Of a DNA stretch of 64,000 nucleotides, positions 42,541-56,172 are shown piece after piece. The number at the start of each line of letters is the position of its first letter. Within the stretch, counting starts at the first letter, position 1. This stretch comes from Octopus sinensis. Lineage: Eukaryota. Under the pieces are notes generated by a model. It was given only the letters and a program-made list of their open reading frames with translations. It was not told where the DNA came from and did not search any database. The position numbers and the translations under genes are program-made. The stretch covers positions 79,732,001 through 79,796,000 of the forward strand of contig NC_043001.1 of the NCBI RefSeq assembly GCF_006345805.1, given 5' to 3'.

Positions 42541-43314
42541 GACAAATCTGATTTAATTCGGAATTGGAAATTTTAATCCTTTATATTCTGTTTTAGATTC
42601 TGACAGAAGGAAAATTAATGCATTCTTAATTACTGACTCCAATACGCACTGTCTCCTGTCTTAAGTCTCATAAGGTAAATAACAGTATTCCATGATTTAT
42701 AAGTGACCGACATCAAAACATTTCCTCTGAACATTACTCCGGTCCATTTGGAGGTTCAAGGCCAACAGTTTTAAGGGTGGGGAAGTTACTTACATCACCC
42801 TCAATGCTCAACTGGTATTTATTTCATCGATCCTGGTAGGATGAAAAGCAAAGTTGACCACGGTAAGATTTGAGCGTAAAGTGCTGTAAGAAATACTGCA
42901 AAGCATTTTGTCCTATATGCTAACGAATATGCCAGCTCGTCATTTATGGATATGGTTAATTCTTGATATCAATTAATAACAATTACCCTGATTATGTAAA
43001 AATACTGAGACGTGGAAATGAAAAACCATGTTTTACTCATATAATGTGCCTTTGTGACTTATGAAAGGGTTCTTCAGCTGTACAGTACTTCAATTATTTC
43101 TTCAGTATGTTAGCTAAGGTTCTGTGTACCAGCGCATGATATGAGGTTTTCCTATGAAAATGTCACTTACAGGAAGACGTTTGTGAACGGTTTTACTGGT
43201 TGCCATCATACTCCCACAGGCTGGAGAAGATCTTCCACTCAGTAACTAACTAATTAACTAACCAACTAACTAATGATCGTAATAATGAAGTACCATCTAA
43301 ACACTGGTGAGTCT

Positions 43315-43582
43315 AAGCAATAATAAATATCTGAACGAGGTATAAACAGTAACTGCACGATAATGGGAGGTATACTTGCCATCTCAATATGGCTAACCAC
43401 TATGGGTGGGTGTTACTGTAGCTTGTAACCCCAGGAGAACATCGTCTCCAGCTGGATTTAGGCACAGAAAGGGCACAGAAAGTGTGCCTAAAGCCAGCTG
43501 GAGACGATGTTCTTCTGGGGCTACAAGCTACAGTAACACCCACCCTTAGTGGTTAGCCATATTGAGATAGCAAGTATACCTC
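43315..43582 (-). mobile_element. Fold-back insertion with single-copy tail and 14-bp target-site duplication
   Basis: Inverted arms of about 100 bp spanning 43367-43582, unique extension 43315-43366, direct repeat ACACTGGTGAGTCT at 43301-43314 and 43583-43596. Confidence 0.85.
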
Positions 43583-43768
43583 ACACTGGTGAGTCTTTTA
43601 TACCGAATACTTCCTCGCTCCCAAAGCGGCTTGAATCATGCTTAAATTAGAAACCATTGTTGTAATTACTTCACCCAGTTTAATTATTTTAACTGGATAT
43701 ATTATCTTCCGGAATCTTTTTATATATTTGTTTTTGTTGCTGATTAAATTATAGATTTTTTATCTACA

Positions 43769-43914
43769 TAGGCACAGGAGTGGCTGTGTAGTAACAAGCT
43801 TACTTCCAAACCACCTGGTTCCGGGTTCACTTGAGCAAGGGTCTTCTCTTATAGCCTCGGGCCAACCAAAGCCTTTTGAGTGGATTTGGTAGACGGAAGC
43901 TGAAAGAAGCCCGT

Positions 43915-43977
<63 letters not shown>

Positions 43978-44862
43978 CTATATGTATGTATGTATGTATT
44001 TATTGATATATATCAAAATGATGTGTTACAACCCTATTCCACATATACAAAAACAGCCATACCAACAATCCAAAACGTCTCCATCATCAGCTGCCCCACA
44101 GATATCATTATGGTTTCGACACCTGGGCAGTATCATTCAATCCAGCAGTATCATTCAATCCGGCAGTATCATTCAATCCGGCAGTATCATTCAATCCGGC
44201 AGTCTCAACAGCACTAAAAGAAGTGTTGTTTGGGAAAAAACATACCAAACAAAAAAAAACTTTCAAAAATATTTACATGTGCAACACAATACAATCTAAA
44301 TATAGGCAGAATTAAACACTAACTTCAAAATTAAACTACAACAAGAAACACATAAATCTATGTACATCTGTATCGGTATAAATAGTAAACCTAAATAGCA
44401 ACCAATCTTTAAGTCCATACAAATAATAATCCCACCAATCTTCCGTAGTTACTACTATAATAAAAGAAAGTGAAAGCTTTATTTCAATTCTCTCCCAAAC
44501 AAAACAAGACTGAATTTAATTTAACGAATAATAAAATGATAATGAGTGAAGTACATTATCTAATAATTCAAAAGATAATAATAAAATCACTTCAAACTCT
44601 TAATATATATTACCCTTACAAGCTATAATGTAAATTTACTAATAACTAATAGAAACATTAAATTTATGTATGTGTGCATGTGTGTGTTTGTCCCCATCAC
44701 CACTTGAAACCGGTGTTGGTGTGTTTACGTCCCCATAATCTAGCGGTTCGGCAAATAAAAGCGATAGAATAAGTACTGAGGTTGATTCATTCCACTAAAA
44801 TTTCAAGGCGGTGCCGTTGCATGGCCGCAGTCTGATGACTGAAACAAGTAAAACATAAAAGA
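43769..44862 (+). mobile_element. SINE family A interrupted by an A-rich insert of about 650 bp
   Basis: Head GGCACAGGAGTGGCTGTGT at 43770; tail half (TTTACGTCCCC...ATGACTGAAACAAGTAAAA) at about 44690-44862. Confidence 0.8.
44126..44203. repeat. 18-bp minisatellite, 4.3 copies
   Basis: GGCAGTATCATTCAATCC repeated. Confidence 0.95.
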
Positions 44863-45149
44863 CTGAAGATATTTTTATTGTTGATTACTTATAAATTTTC
44901 CACTGTTTCATCAATCTATGTTGTTTTCAGACCAAAATCATGTACAGTTTATGACAGTTTCTTCTTTCATTACAGAAAGAAACTATAACGACCACCTAGT
45001 AATAATCAATAATTGTATGAAAAATGCTAATATCCCTGCATACTTTAGAGAAATATACCCGTGTATCGGATGATATATCAACACTGCTAAAACAGATATA
45101 TCTCTTAGGATCAGCATAAAACTAAAAGCTAGCACTATAAAATGCATAG

Positions 45150-45700
45150 GGAACTATTTTGAAGGTCAAATCTCCAAATCTAATCGTGACATGGAAATCA
45201 AGATTAGTAAATCAAGCAAAGCGCTTAACTGTCTGGATAAGACATGGACATCTAATCTTCCATCAAAAAACTAAAACAGACTTTACAACTGCAGCTGAAT
45301 AAATTTTCGTTTATGGTTCGGTAATATAGACACTTGCAGCTCACATGACGAAAACATTAAATGGCACGTACAACAGAATGCTCCGTGCTGTACTAAATAT
45401 CGAACGGCATCAATACGTGACTAATAAAGAGATACAACAAGACATGCCAGAATCAGAGAGACAATACAAAATCACAAGCTGAGATTTATTGGTCACTGCT
45501 GGTGTAAAAAAAGTGAGCTAGTAGCTGAAGTTCGTCTGTTGTAACCATCACATTATAAACGGAAACCAACAAAAATGTTTACATCATCCATTTGCTAAAG
45601 ACGCTGGATGTACTCCCCAAGAGCTTAAAAAAAAGGGTGCATATGACAGAGAGGAATGGAATGCACATGTCGGAAAGGTCTAGAAATTCTCGATTCACAC
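45150..45700 (+). mobile_element. Decayed RTE-like LINE, C-terminal region
   Basis: Manual translation gives YGS...KTLNGTYNRMLRAVLNI...VTNKE...KLRFIGHCW, with stops and frameshifts. Confidence 0.75.
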
Positions 45701-46880
45701 TAAAATTGCTATATAAGTCTCTACTTTTATTACGTACATCGCGGTAGATGTTTTTTAAGTTAATCTTCCATGTTTATAATAATTTTATCTTTTGAATTTT
45801 TCTAGATCTTCCCAGAATAATTCGATTTCAATATTTTTTTGCTTAGTCATATTTTGCTGGTAAATGTGAGTTATCACAGGCTTGATGTGTGTAATTTTAT
45901 CTAGACTGAGTATTTGCTATAAGAGATGGGAAATTTTATTTTCCTGAATGGATGGAGCTATTTTTCCTTTGTAGAGCTTGCCGTGTCTAACTAGTCGTGA
46001 AAGAAATGTCTATATATTATCAAAAGCTGAGCTGAGTATGCATTGTTTAACAAACATTTCTTACTCGCTGATTTATCGATATATTTCTTTAACCGTAGAA
46101 TTTCCGCTTCTATATTTTCTTCGCCCGCAGTAGTGTGTATTTCGTCGTTCAATCAATTTCTTCCGGAATATTTTAAGTACATTTTTCATTGTTTCTTATT
46201 TTATAGGGCAGTTTTTATATGCGTGTATTTGGACAGCTGTAATTCATAGTTTGAATACACGATGGCATTCTTCTGTATACAGACTATACATGCATACGTA
46301 AGTGCGTATGCGTGTTTGTACGTCGGTGAATGAGATGTATTTGTATCTAAATAGTTTTGTAACCAGAAATGAAATGCATTACACATTCCCCAGAAACGAT
46401 AGTAAATATATTTTATTCATCTAATGTCTAGAATCTAGACAAATAACCACAACTCATTTTGTATATTCAAGCATTATGTCTACATTTACACAGTGCTTCC
46501 GGAAGAGGAACATTTCCGACATAGTCTTCTTGCCGATATTTTGTATGAGACCATTCTTGAATCTAGCAGACTTGTGTTAAAAAGCCTTGCACTTATGGAT
46601 ATCCCAATTATTTGATTTTACAGATATATTTATTTTTTAATCTTTAATGATATAGGCGCAGGCATGCCTGTGTTGATGGCAAGCTCGCTTTGCAACCATG
46701 TGATTTCGGATTTAGTCTCACTGCGTGGCACATTGAGCAATTGTCTTCTACTCTACCTCCGAGCCGACGAATGCATTGTTAGTGAATTTGATAGAAAGAA
46801 ACTGTGGGGAAGCCCTACATACGCGCGTGTGTGTGGGTGTGATTTCAAACACACACGCGCGCACATCTGTCTATCTATCG

Positions 46881-46971
<91 letters not shown>

Positions 46972-47615
46972 GATATATATAGATATATATATTTACACGT
47001 ACATGGACTGCGGCTAAACTGGAACACCACCGTGAAGGATTTAATCAATCAAATCGATCCCATTACTTATTCTATCGGTTCCTTTTGTCGAGCCACTAAG
47101 TTAAGTGGACATAGTGGAATCAACACCGATTGTCAAGCTGTGCTAGGAAACAAACACACACTCATAGAAATAGTAACAAACACACATATGAATACATAAC
47201 GATTGCTCCATCTTCACAGATGAATGTCATTTCCTTTTCGTTAATGTCAATTGCATTTCTGACTTTCCGTCCATGACTTCTCAGATAACTATTCTGTCCC
47301 TATGCAGATCTGCATGCTTAGAAGCATAGGGGGAAACGGAAAGTAGTACTTTACGGCACGATTCCAACTGGCTACATCAGCACATGTCACCAATCTTCCT
47401 TCACCATAGGCCCTTCACTAGGTGGAATGACAAATGAGTTTACCTCAAAGAGACATCTGTACGTAATTTTGCTTTAATGATAAACACTTGAGTAACACGA
47501 CTAACATTCTCCTAGTGTCGCTGATTAGTACCTCGTGATAGGCCGAACCGAGGTGATCACTAATCACATGAAAATGCAGGTTTTACATTAGAGTGTGACT
47601 CTACGTCAGAGTGCC

Positions 47616-48016
47616 CCTCTCTAAATAGGAGGCTCACAACAGCTAGGGGTCCCTCACTACCTGCGGTTTTACTGTCCGTCCTGACACAAAACCAAGGGTA
47701 TTTCAGCGTCCGCGCTCAGATGAATTATCATCACGTAAATCAGTTAATCTGTAGCTTAGATTCTGACAGGTCCTGCTATTCCGGTTCTGAATAGACCTGA
47801 GAACAATAATGACTATCCTCTCTAAGAAGGAGGCTCACAACAGCTAGGGGTCCCTCACTACCTGCGGTTTTACTGTCCGTCCTGACACAAAACCAAGGGT
47901 ATTTCAGCGTCCGCGCTCAGATGAATTATCATCACGTAAACCAGTTAATCTGTAGCTTAGATTCCGACAGGTCCTGCTATTCCGGTTCTGAATAGACCTG
48001 AGAACAATAATGACTA
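47616..48016. repeat. 201-bp tandem duplication, 2 copies
   Basis: CCTCTCTAA..AGGAGGCTCACAACAGCTAGGGG...GAACAATAATGACTA at 47616 and 47817; only a few substitutions. Confidence 0.95.
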
Positions 48017-48100
48017 AGAGATGGTTTTACACTCCTTAGAACCTTGGAATTCCAGACCGAACCAGAGCTCCTTTACAGATGCAGTTTAAAGTCACATATG

Positions 48101-48492
48101 TGTGGATGGAAGCACTCCGTCGGTTACGACGACGAGGGTTCCGGTTGATCCGAATCAACAGAACAGCCTGCTCGTGAAATTAACGTGCAAGTGGCTGAGC
48201 ACTCCACAGACACGTGTACCCTTAACGCAGTTTTCGGGGATATTCAGCGTGACACAGAGAGTAACAAGGCCGGCCCTTTGAAATACAGGTACAACAGAAA
48301 CAGGAAGTAAGAGTGAGAGAATGTTGCGGTGAAAGAGTACAGCAGGGATCACCACCATCCCTGCCGGAGCCTCGTGGAGCTTTTAGGTGTTTTCGCTCAA
48401 TAAACACTCACAACGCCCGGTCTGGGAATCGAAACCGCGATCCTATGACCGCGAGTCCGCTGCCTTAACCACTGGGCCATTGCGCCTCCACT
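48101..48492 (-). mobile_element. tRNA-derived SINE (family C variant), well preserved
   Basis: Minus head GGAGGCGCAATGGCCCAGTGGTTAAGGC...GGTTTCGATTCCC; 3-prime body shared with 56173-56497. Confidence 0.9.
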
Positions 48493-49667
48493 ACATATGT
48501 GTACATACACACAGACATGCACACAGACAAACGCATACACGCACATGCGCACGCAAACACACACACACAGGATGGACTCTCCCGTCGAAGACGCCGTATG
48601 AGCATTCAGCCTCTGCCGAGCGACCTGAACGAATGATTTCTTTATAATGCTCAGAAGTATATGCTGTACTCTTTCTATCAAATCGACGTTGCCTGAACAG
48701 GTGCATGATGTACCACGCGTTAAGTGTCAAAGATATCACAGAGCAGCGTGAGACGAAATGTTTTGCTCAAGAACACTTACCCAAAGTCTCGCGCTGTGAG
48801 ACTGAACCATAAATCTCGCGATTGCAAAGCAAGCTCCTTAACCACACAGCCATGCCTAAACCGAGATATACCCTGGACTTACATTAAAAGTCTGACATAG
48901 TTCTATTGATTTAATAGCAAACCCTTTGATACTGCAAACAAATTTACTTTCGTTGAATGGTAGGGTAATATATTATGTTCAAACAGTTAAATAATAAAAA
49001 TAATATCCCATACTTATTTTCAATAGCTTTTAGAAAATTAAATGTAGCTTGCTCTTAATATTATTTGAGATAATTAACATCTCTGTTAATCATGTGAATC
49101 ATGAACACGAGTCAGCAGCAGCAAAATATTGATATCTTTTTAGTCCAAATAAGGTCAGCTATGATCGAACAAACACGGGCACGTTAGTTACTTATTTAAT
49201 CCATGATCTCGGTGAAATCCACTTATTCACTACTCCATACCATTGATCAAACTTATTAAGGATTACACTGTACATTACACTGTAGTGAGTCAGATTAGTG
49301 ATGCTATCTCTTGTATGGTGTTGTTGTATGAGGGATCAAACGGTAACAACAACAGTGTTGGGCAAATACAAAATCAGTCGTACATTGTTAAACTAGAATT
49401 TAAGATGTTTAAACTTTATTCTAATTCAATAACAAAAATAAACTAAAAGGAGAAAGAACCATAAACCATTTATGGTTGGAATAAGTTTTACACGTAATCT
49501 TACAGAGTTTAGCGCAAGAGAAAAGTGCTATTCTTCAAGGTTAAATTTATGGTAAGTGCAGAGAACAAGTGTTTTCTTTCTTTCCTTTCTTTTTTTTTTT
49601 TTTTTTGTCAGCAAAATCAAAGAAAGGATGAAAGGAATACAGAGAAAAACAAAGATGTGCGGAATAT

Positions 49668-49892
49668 TCTTTTATGCTCTAGACACAAGGTCCGAATTGC
49701 TTTTTTGGAGGGGGTAGCAGTGGATTAGATCGACCTCAGTACGCAGCTGGTGCTTAATTTATCGACCCCGAAAGGATGAAAGGCAAAGTCGACATCGGCG
49801 GAATTTGAACTCAGAACTTAAAGACCGACGAAATAACGCTAAGCATTTCGCCCGGCGTGATAACGTTTCTGCCACTGCCAGCTCGTCGCCTT
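49668..49892 (-). mobile_element. SINE family B monomer
   Basis: Reverse-complement homolog of 41696-41899. Confidence 0.9.
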
Positions 49893-49917
49893 AAAGATGA
49901 ACGGAATATTGACGATT

Positions 49918-50350
49918 TTAATCTTTTTTAAGCATATTTCTATTGAAATACAGTTTTTCCGTCAATCACTTTCATAAATGAAGAAGAATGTAGTGAAATA
50001 ACTGTCATTATTGAACTGCGATTTGGAACATAAATTTACATGAAACTTTGATGAAAGGTTTTGATTTAGGTCCCTTTAAAACGGAATGTTTACATCACAG
50101 AACCAGGGACAGTCTCGGACGGGTTAATATAAAAAAGGTTTAACCATATTTCTTTTGAAATACTCTGCTTTCGTTCCAATTAATTTTTAAAATTATGAAG
50201 ATATTCGTAAAAACATTTTTGACATTATTAAACTGATTCAAACAAATTTACATGAAATTTTGGTAGGTTTTAATTTGGACACTTTATAATGGAATTATTA
50301 TATCAGAGAACCAGATGTGGTCTTAGGTAGGCTAGTATCAATAGGGTTAA
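49918..50350. mobile_element. Two tandem TTAA-bounded MITE units (piggyBac-like ends)
   Basis: Two diverged units of about 215 bp, ending AAAGGTTTAA (50143) and ATAGGGTTAA (50350). Confidence 0.6.
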
Positions 50351-50493
50351 ATACGTGGCACTATATATTAGTTAAACGATTTGTTTCTGGGAGCATTCTA
50401 CTTGTATGGCACCCATTATATTTCGTTAGGATAATGGTTTATGCAAATGATAGAGCATTTGGAAATAAATACCAAGTATGTACTTATTCAATA

Positions 50494-50888
50494 CTAGCAG
50501 TATCGCCCGGCGTTGCTCGGGTTTGTTTCAACCCTTTAGAATTGGAATTTTTGATAAGTAAAGATTTTGCATTATGTAGCTTGTTATTCTCTTTAAGTGA
50601 ACATTTTTCTGGTTGAAATACACCGAAAAATGGCGACACAGCAGTAAAAAAATCGTAAAAAATAAGGCTTTTCATGGAAAAAAAAGCACCTTTTTGATGT
50701 AAATAATTTTTGGTGTTAATATGGTCCGATTTGAATTTTTTCTTCTACGGAAGGAAGAGTATGCCTTTTTCTATATCATACTCTTAATTTTGGTCAACTT
50801 GCGCCGCAGGGTCTCGGAGGAGATAGTGTTAGTTGAAGGCTACGAAACCTGCCATACACAGACAACTTCATCTTTATATATAGAGAGA
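50494..50888 (-). mobile_element. Non-autonomous Helitron
   Basis: Minus strand begins TC(TCTCTATATATAAAG), ends with hairpin CCCGAGCAACGCCGGG and then CTAG; inserted between A and T with no TSD. Confidence 0.85.
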
Positions 50889-51921
50889 TAAGAGAATACG
50901 TTGTAGAAGAACGGTGGAATAATATGTGTAACGTGTGTGTGTGTGCGTGTGTTTGTGTGTGTAGTTATGTTTATGTCTGTATTTATTCCGCCGTCTCTTA
51001 ACAACCGGAGCTGGTTTGTTTACACCTCAAAAAGTTAGCGGTTCGACAAAAAAAAAGAGAAGTACTAGTGTCAATCTGCTCAACTAAAATCGAAAATTTC
51101 GTTCATGATAATACCTCGCTATGTCCGCAAATTACATGATAAACTGTATTTGTGTGGTGGGCAGTGTGGGTGTGTGCGGGGTAATGAATGCGAGCTATGG
51201 GGAACAACTGAGCATAATCGCTGGTGTTTAATTAGACAATAAATATGAAAGCCAGAATTAAGACTGCATCAAATATTATGCAAAATTTTGATTTCTTAAA
51301 ATAATCGCCGCATCTGGTATATGAATTACATTTAGGCCTTATTCCAAATAAGAAGAGATAGTCTTAAGAATCTGAGATTCTCCAAAAAATGTCCTGCCTT
51401 TAGGAGGGAAAGCATCTGATTATCTGAGAAACAAGATGACATATAATCACACTTGCTTCTGCCTCATGAGATATCATCAGCACTGCATTTCTCATTTCCT
51501 GTTACCAACACGTAGATATATATATATACATATAGAAAGACTGTATGTAAAACACATTTGTAGCCGAGTTCATTTGCAGAAATTATACGAAAATGATCTC
51601 AAAGTAGCTAGATAAAAAATCTCTAAAAGAGGTGAAAGTAGTATGTAATCTGAGAAGCCATGTTTATCGCCTTTTCATCATGGCTATTCCTTAGGAACCA
51701 ATGTTACTACCGTTTTTAACTTAACCCCAGGAGGACACCTCCTCCAGCTTGTTAACGATGCATCCTGCACCCCGATATATTTTAAAAGCGTGGGAGCGAA
51801 TCTCAACATTTTCCGGCGTCAACAATAATTCAGAAAATCAGGCAAGTTTACCATCACTCACTGAGAAAATAGAACACTCGTTTGGTCGCATTTGGAACGG
51901 CCCCAATATAAAAAGAAAGAT

Positions 51922-52091
51922 AAGTGTGGTAAGTAACTTGCTTACCAACCACATGGTTCTGGGTTCAGTCCCACTGCGTGGAACCTTGGGCAAGTGTCTT
52001 CTACTATAGCCTCGGACAAACCAAAGCCTTGTGAGTGCATTTGGTAGACGGAAACTGAAAGAAGACCGTCGTATATATGTATATATATATA

Positions 52092-52134
<43 letters not shown>

Positions 52135-52160
52135 TGTGTGTGTGTGTGTGTGTGTGTGTT

Positions 52161-52193
<33 letters not shown>

Positions 52194-52413
52194 ATGTGTG
52201 TGTGTACGATTGCGTGTCTGTGTTTGTCCCGACAACCGATGCTAGTGTGTTACGTCCCCGTAACTTAGCAGTTCGGCAAGAGACCGATAGAATAAGTACT
52301 AGGCTTAAGTACTAGGTTTACAAAGAATAAGTCCTGAGGTCAATTTGCTCGACTAAAGGCGGTGCTCCAGCATGGCCACAGTCAAATGACTGAAACAAGT
52401 AAAAGAGTAAAGA
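51922..52413 (+). mobile_element. SINE family A
   Basis: Homolog of 2683-3125 with internal (TA)/(TG) tract. Confidence 0.9.
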
Positions 52414-52775
52414 GCATAGTATATGGTGTGTCTCAGCCATTTCTTACCAAGAGAAATCCTTCCGTTACCCGGTAGTTAGATAGATAGCTAGATTGAGAGA
52501 GAGATAAAAACAGAGGAAGAATAAATCTCACCACTTAAGAGGTACTTTATTCGTTGACCCCGAAAGTTCAAACAGGATTTGAACGCAAAACGGATGTAGC
52601 CAGAAATAATATAGCAAACTATACTATTCAGTACACTAGCGGTTCTACTAATCTAGAGCATACATACACATGTGTGTATCCGTGTATTTGCATACATATG
52701 CATGTGATTATACATACATATATACATATGTATTTGTGTATGTATGTATATATATACATATATATATAATTGCAT

Positions 52776-52822
<47 letters not shown>

Positions 52823-53786
52823 CATAGCCACAGATAGACGGACGCATGTATATATGTTTCAACGTGTATGCGTATTTTTTTTTCTTTTTGACGAATGCCT
52901 GGATCAAGGTATCTATAGAACAATCTTGATGCAGATACAGAACTCGTGTTTCTATAATTTCTCCAGGGCACCACCACCACCACCATCAACACCACCACCG
53001 CCGCCGCCGCCGCCATCAACACCACTACTACCACCACCACCACCATCAACACAGGCACCACTACAACAACTACTATTACTGCAACTCCTGTAGTTGCTTC
53101 CGCTATTCTTGATGTTTTTGTGATAGTTGTTGTTGCTGTTGTTGTTGTTGTTGTTTTTCTCGGTGTTATAATGCAGTATTCTTGCAGCTATGCTATTGTT
53201 GCTGCAGTTATCTGATTCGTTGTGTTCATTGCTTAATACTTGTTCCTGCACTGCAATCAACAACAAAAACAACATCAACAACACACAAGACCACAAGCAT
53301 GACCATCACACTCACCATCATCTACACCACCGCACTACCACACTCATAACCAGCCCTCCTTTTACCCTGCATCTCCTACTACCACCACCACCACAACATG
53401 CTAATACTTCAATACTGCAAGGATTATAACACATGTAAATATTGCATCATTGCAATTGGAAATAATCACACCATTATATCAGAACAATACTTAGATAAAG
53501 CAAACAATTAACGAACAGATCTACGCAAATCCGATGCACGCTAACACTAATGAACCGGTATAACATTCGTGAGCGTTCATACTGATACACTGAATTAAAA
53601 TAAGAGCAGAGTAATAGACGGGGGAGAATGATTGGAGGAAAACGAACACGCACATAGTAAAAAGCGATGGAATAGAGGAATATATTTAGATATAGCCATA
53701 GATAAAGAGAGCGTACGAGTACATGTGTTTGTACCTATGCATACAGGTATGTGCATGTAAGTATGTATACGTATATGTCTCGCTAC

Positions 53787-53937
<151 letters not shown>

Positions 53938-53991
53938 TATCTATATGTTTATCAATCTATCAACCTTACTCCGTCTGTCTGTCTCTCCGTA

Positions 53992-54059
<68 letters not shown>

Positions 54060-54904
54060 ATTAATAATATCAGGGTAATAAAAGTTTTCAGAAACTTTTA
54101 TTAGCAATGGCCTAGCGTGTAGAAAAATTAGTCAATAGACACTGTATTTATATGAATATATATATTTACTTGCAGTGCCCCAGCATGGCCACAACCACAA
54201 AAGAATAAAAGAATATACATACATATGTGTGTGTATGTATGTATATATCTACACACACATGCACACACACACACATAAGAGGAGATCCAGAGATTCTCTG
54301 TATAGATGATACATTGTAATGCTCAAAAGATCCATAGTTAGACTCTGATGTCTTTACAGGGGATCGATTCCACAAGGCAAAGAAAAGCAGTACGAGGTGT
54401 CTAGTTGAACGATTGAACGGGTGTAGGTGCAATAGTACGGACAAAACATATTAGATACACTAAATATTCTAAAACTATTAAGCATTAGATACAAAAATGT
54501 ATATATGTATATATGCAAAACGAGAGAAGATCTGAAATGTAAGTTCTTCTTCTCCACCCCAATGACGGAGGCTTGTTTTAGCCAATGTTATTGAATCTGC
54601 CAACATTATTATGAATCTCGGAGCCCCCAGAAATAGCTGTTGAAATAATAACACCTTTTTCCCCCCTTTAATTTTCTCTGTCGATTGTACTCCGTCTCAT
54701 TTGGACCTATTAATATAAATATCTATATATGCACACTTAAAACGTCATCACCCGAAAGTCTCAGCCTTTTGCTTTCTCTTGTTTGACATGTATACATATA
54801 TACATAGTGTGTATGCCTTTCATACCAAAACTATTATATTTAATATACTAAATATATTTGGTGTATCACATTTCTTTATCCGCATAAATGCCTCTCTATA
54901 TACC

Positions 54905-56098
54905 ATGCGTATAGACATGACAGAAGTAAACAGACTCCATTTAAAACATTGTTTTATGTTTAGTTTAACTCGAAAACGTTTATACCATATATTAATTGAT
55001 ATTTATATGTTTAAGGTTCATTTTGTCAATGTTTAATTGTGTCATGAACAAAAGAAGCCCTGGAACTGTCCTAATTTCAAAGATGTCTTATTATGGATCA
55101 ATCTGAATGTGGACATGGAGTAAAATCGACAGAAAACCTTGGGATCCCGTTCTCTAGAGTTAATTGAGTCATTGCGAATTGACCAGAGAGGAGAAGAAGT
55201 CCACACCACCTTGCCCAGGTCGACGAGGACCCTCTGACTGGACCCTTCACTTTCTTAGAAAAGTGTAGAGGATAATTCTCGTTGCAACGCTTCTAACGTG
55301 GTAGAGAGATTTGATGTCAGTGCCAGAACATCTGTCAGGTATTTCCACAAACATGGCTACTATGGCAGAGCAGCAAGAAGGCAGCCAATACCAAGTGGAG
55401 ACAAAATGGGGCCAGTAACATGGTGGAGAGGCCCCTAGAATTTTGGAACAGCACCCAGATTTGCTGAATTTTATGACAGTGTAGATCTGAAGACTGTGAT
55501 CAAGATTTCGACATGACAATATTGCTGCGGCTATTCTGTCATGGCCTGGGGAGCAATTTGGAGTAATGGTCGATCAGAGCTGGTGGAGTGTAAGGGAAAT
55601 ATAAACTCAGATAGATATGTGATCACATGGAGGAAAGCAATTTTTCCAATCTTCTTCAATCGTGAAATGAGTAAAGAAGATTCTTCATTTGTGAAAGATG
55701 GGTAGCCTTGTAACAAGGCTACAATGACCCTATAGTGATTGGAAGAGAATGGCATTGAAAAGATTCAATGACCAAGCCAATCACCAGACATTAACCCAAT
55801 TGAACAACTCTGAGGAATAATGGACAGGACACGTCGTAAAAAGAACAAGAAAACATCCTAAGAACCAGATCGTTCGAGGTTACTGCATGAAACTTGGCAA
55901 GAAATTCCCGAAGACAATATTCATTATCTGATCAGTAGCATTCCTAATAGAGTCCTTGTACTGAAAAATGCGAAGGTATGACAAATGAATATTAGATATT
56001 CACATTATAACAATTACTAAATAATTTGAATGCATAATTTCAGATTTAAATATATTTTAACGATTGTAAGAGTGTCTATTTCTGTCATGGTTATGCAT
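54905..56098 (+). mobile_element. Old Tc1-like DNA transposon remnant
   Basis: Imperfect TIRs CATGACAGAAGTAAAC / GTCTATTTCTGTCATG; motif *PSQSPDINPIEQL* near 55770-55815 (Tc1 WPxxSPDLNPIE). Confidence 0.8.
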
Positions 56099-56172
56099 AT
56101 ACGTATGAACATATATATATGTGTATGTTTGTGTTTGCGTGTGTGTGTGTGTTTATACGTATATATACATAT

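Noticed and set aside
44126-44203. Short regular repeats as a possible CRISPR array
   Set aside because: No spacers, eukaryotic context, no cas genes.
44828-44852. CTGATGACTGAAAC as a hammerhead
   Set aside because: A variant of the SINE tail AAATGACTGAAAC; no room for helix II.
48420-48492. Functional tRNA gene (also 56175-56245 and 57925-58000)
   Set aside because: The tRNA-like heads run into SINE bodies without a proper acceptor stem or terminator.
52708-53429. Second cluster of poly-Pro, poly-Val and poly-Asn ORFs
   Set aside because: Same trinucleotide-repeat artefact.
54280-54450. Possible minus-strand LINE 3-prime remnant (FFALWNRSP)
   Set aside because: One weak motif; too degenerate to call.
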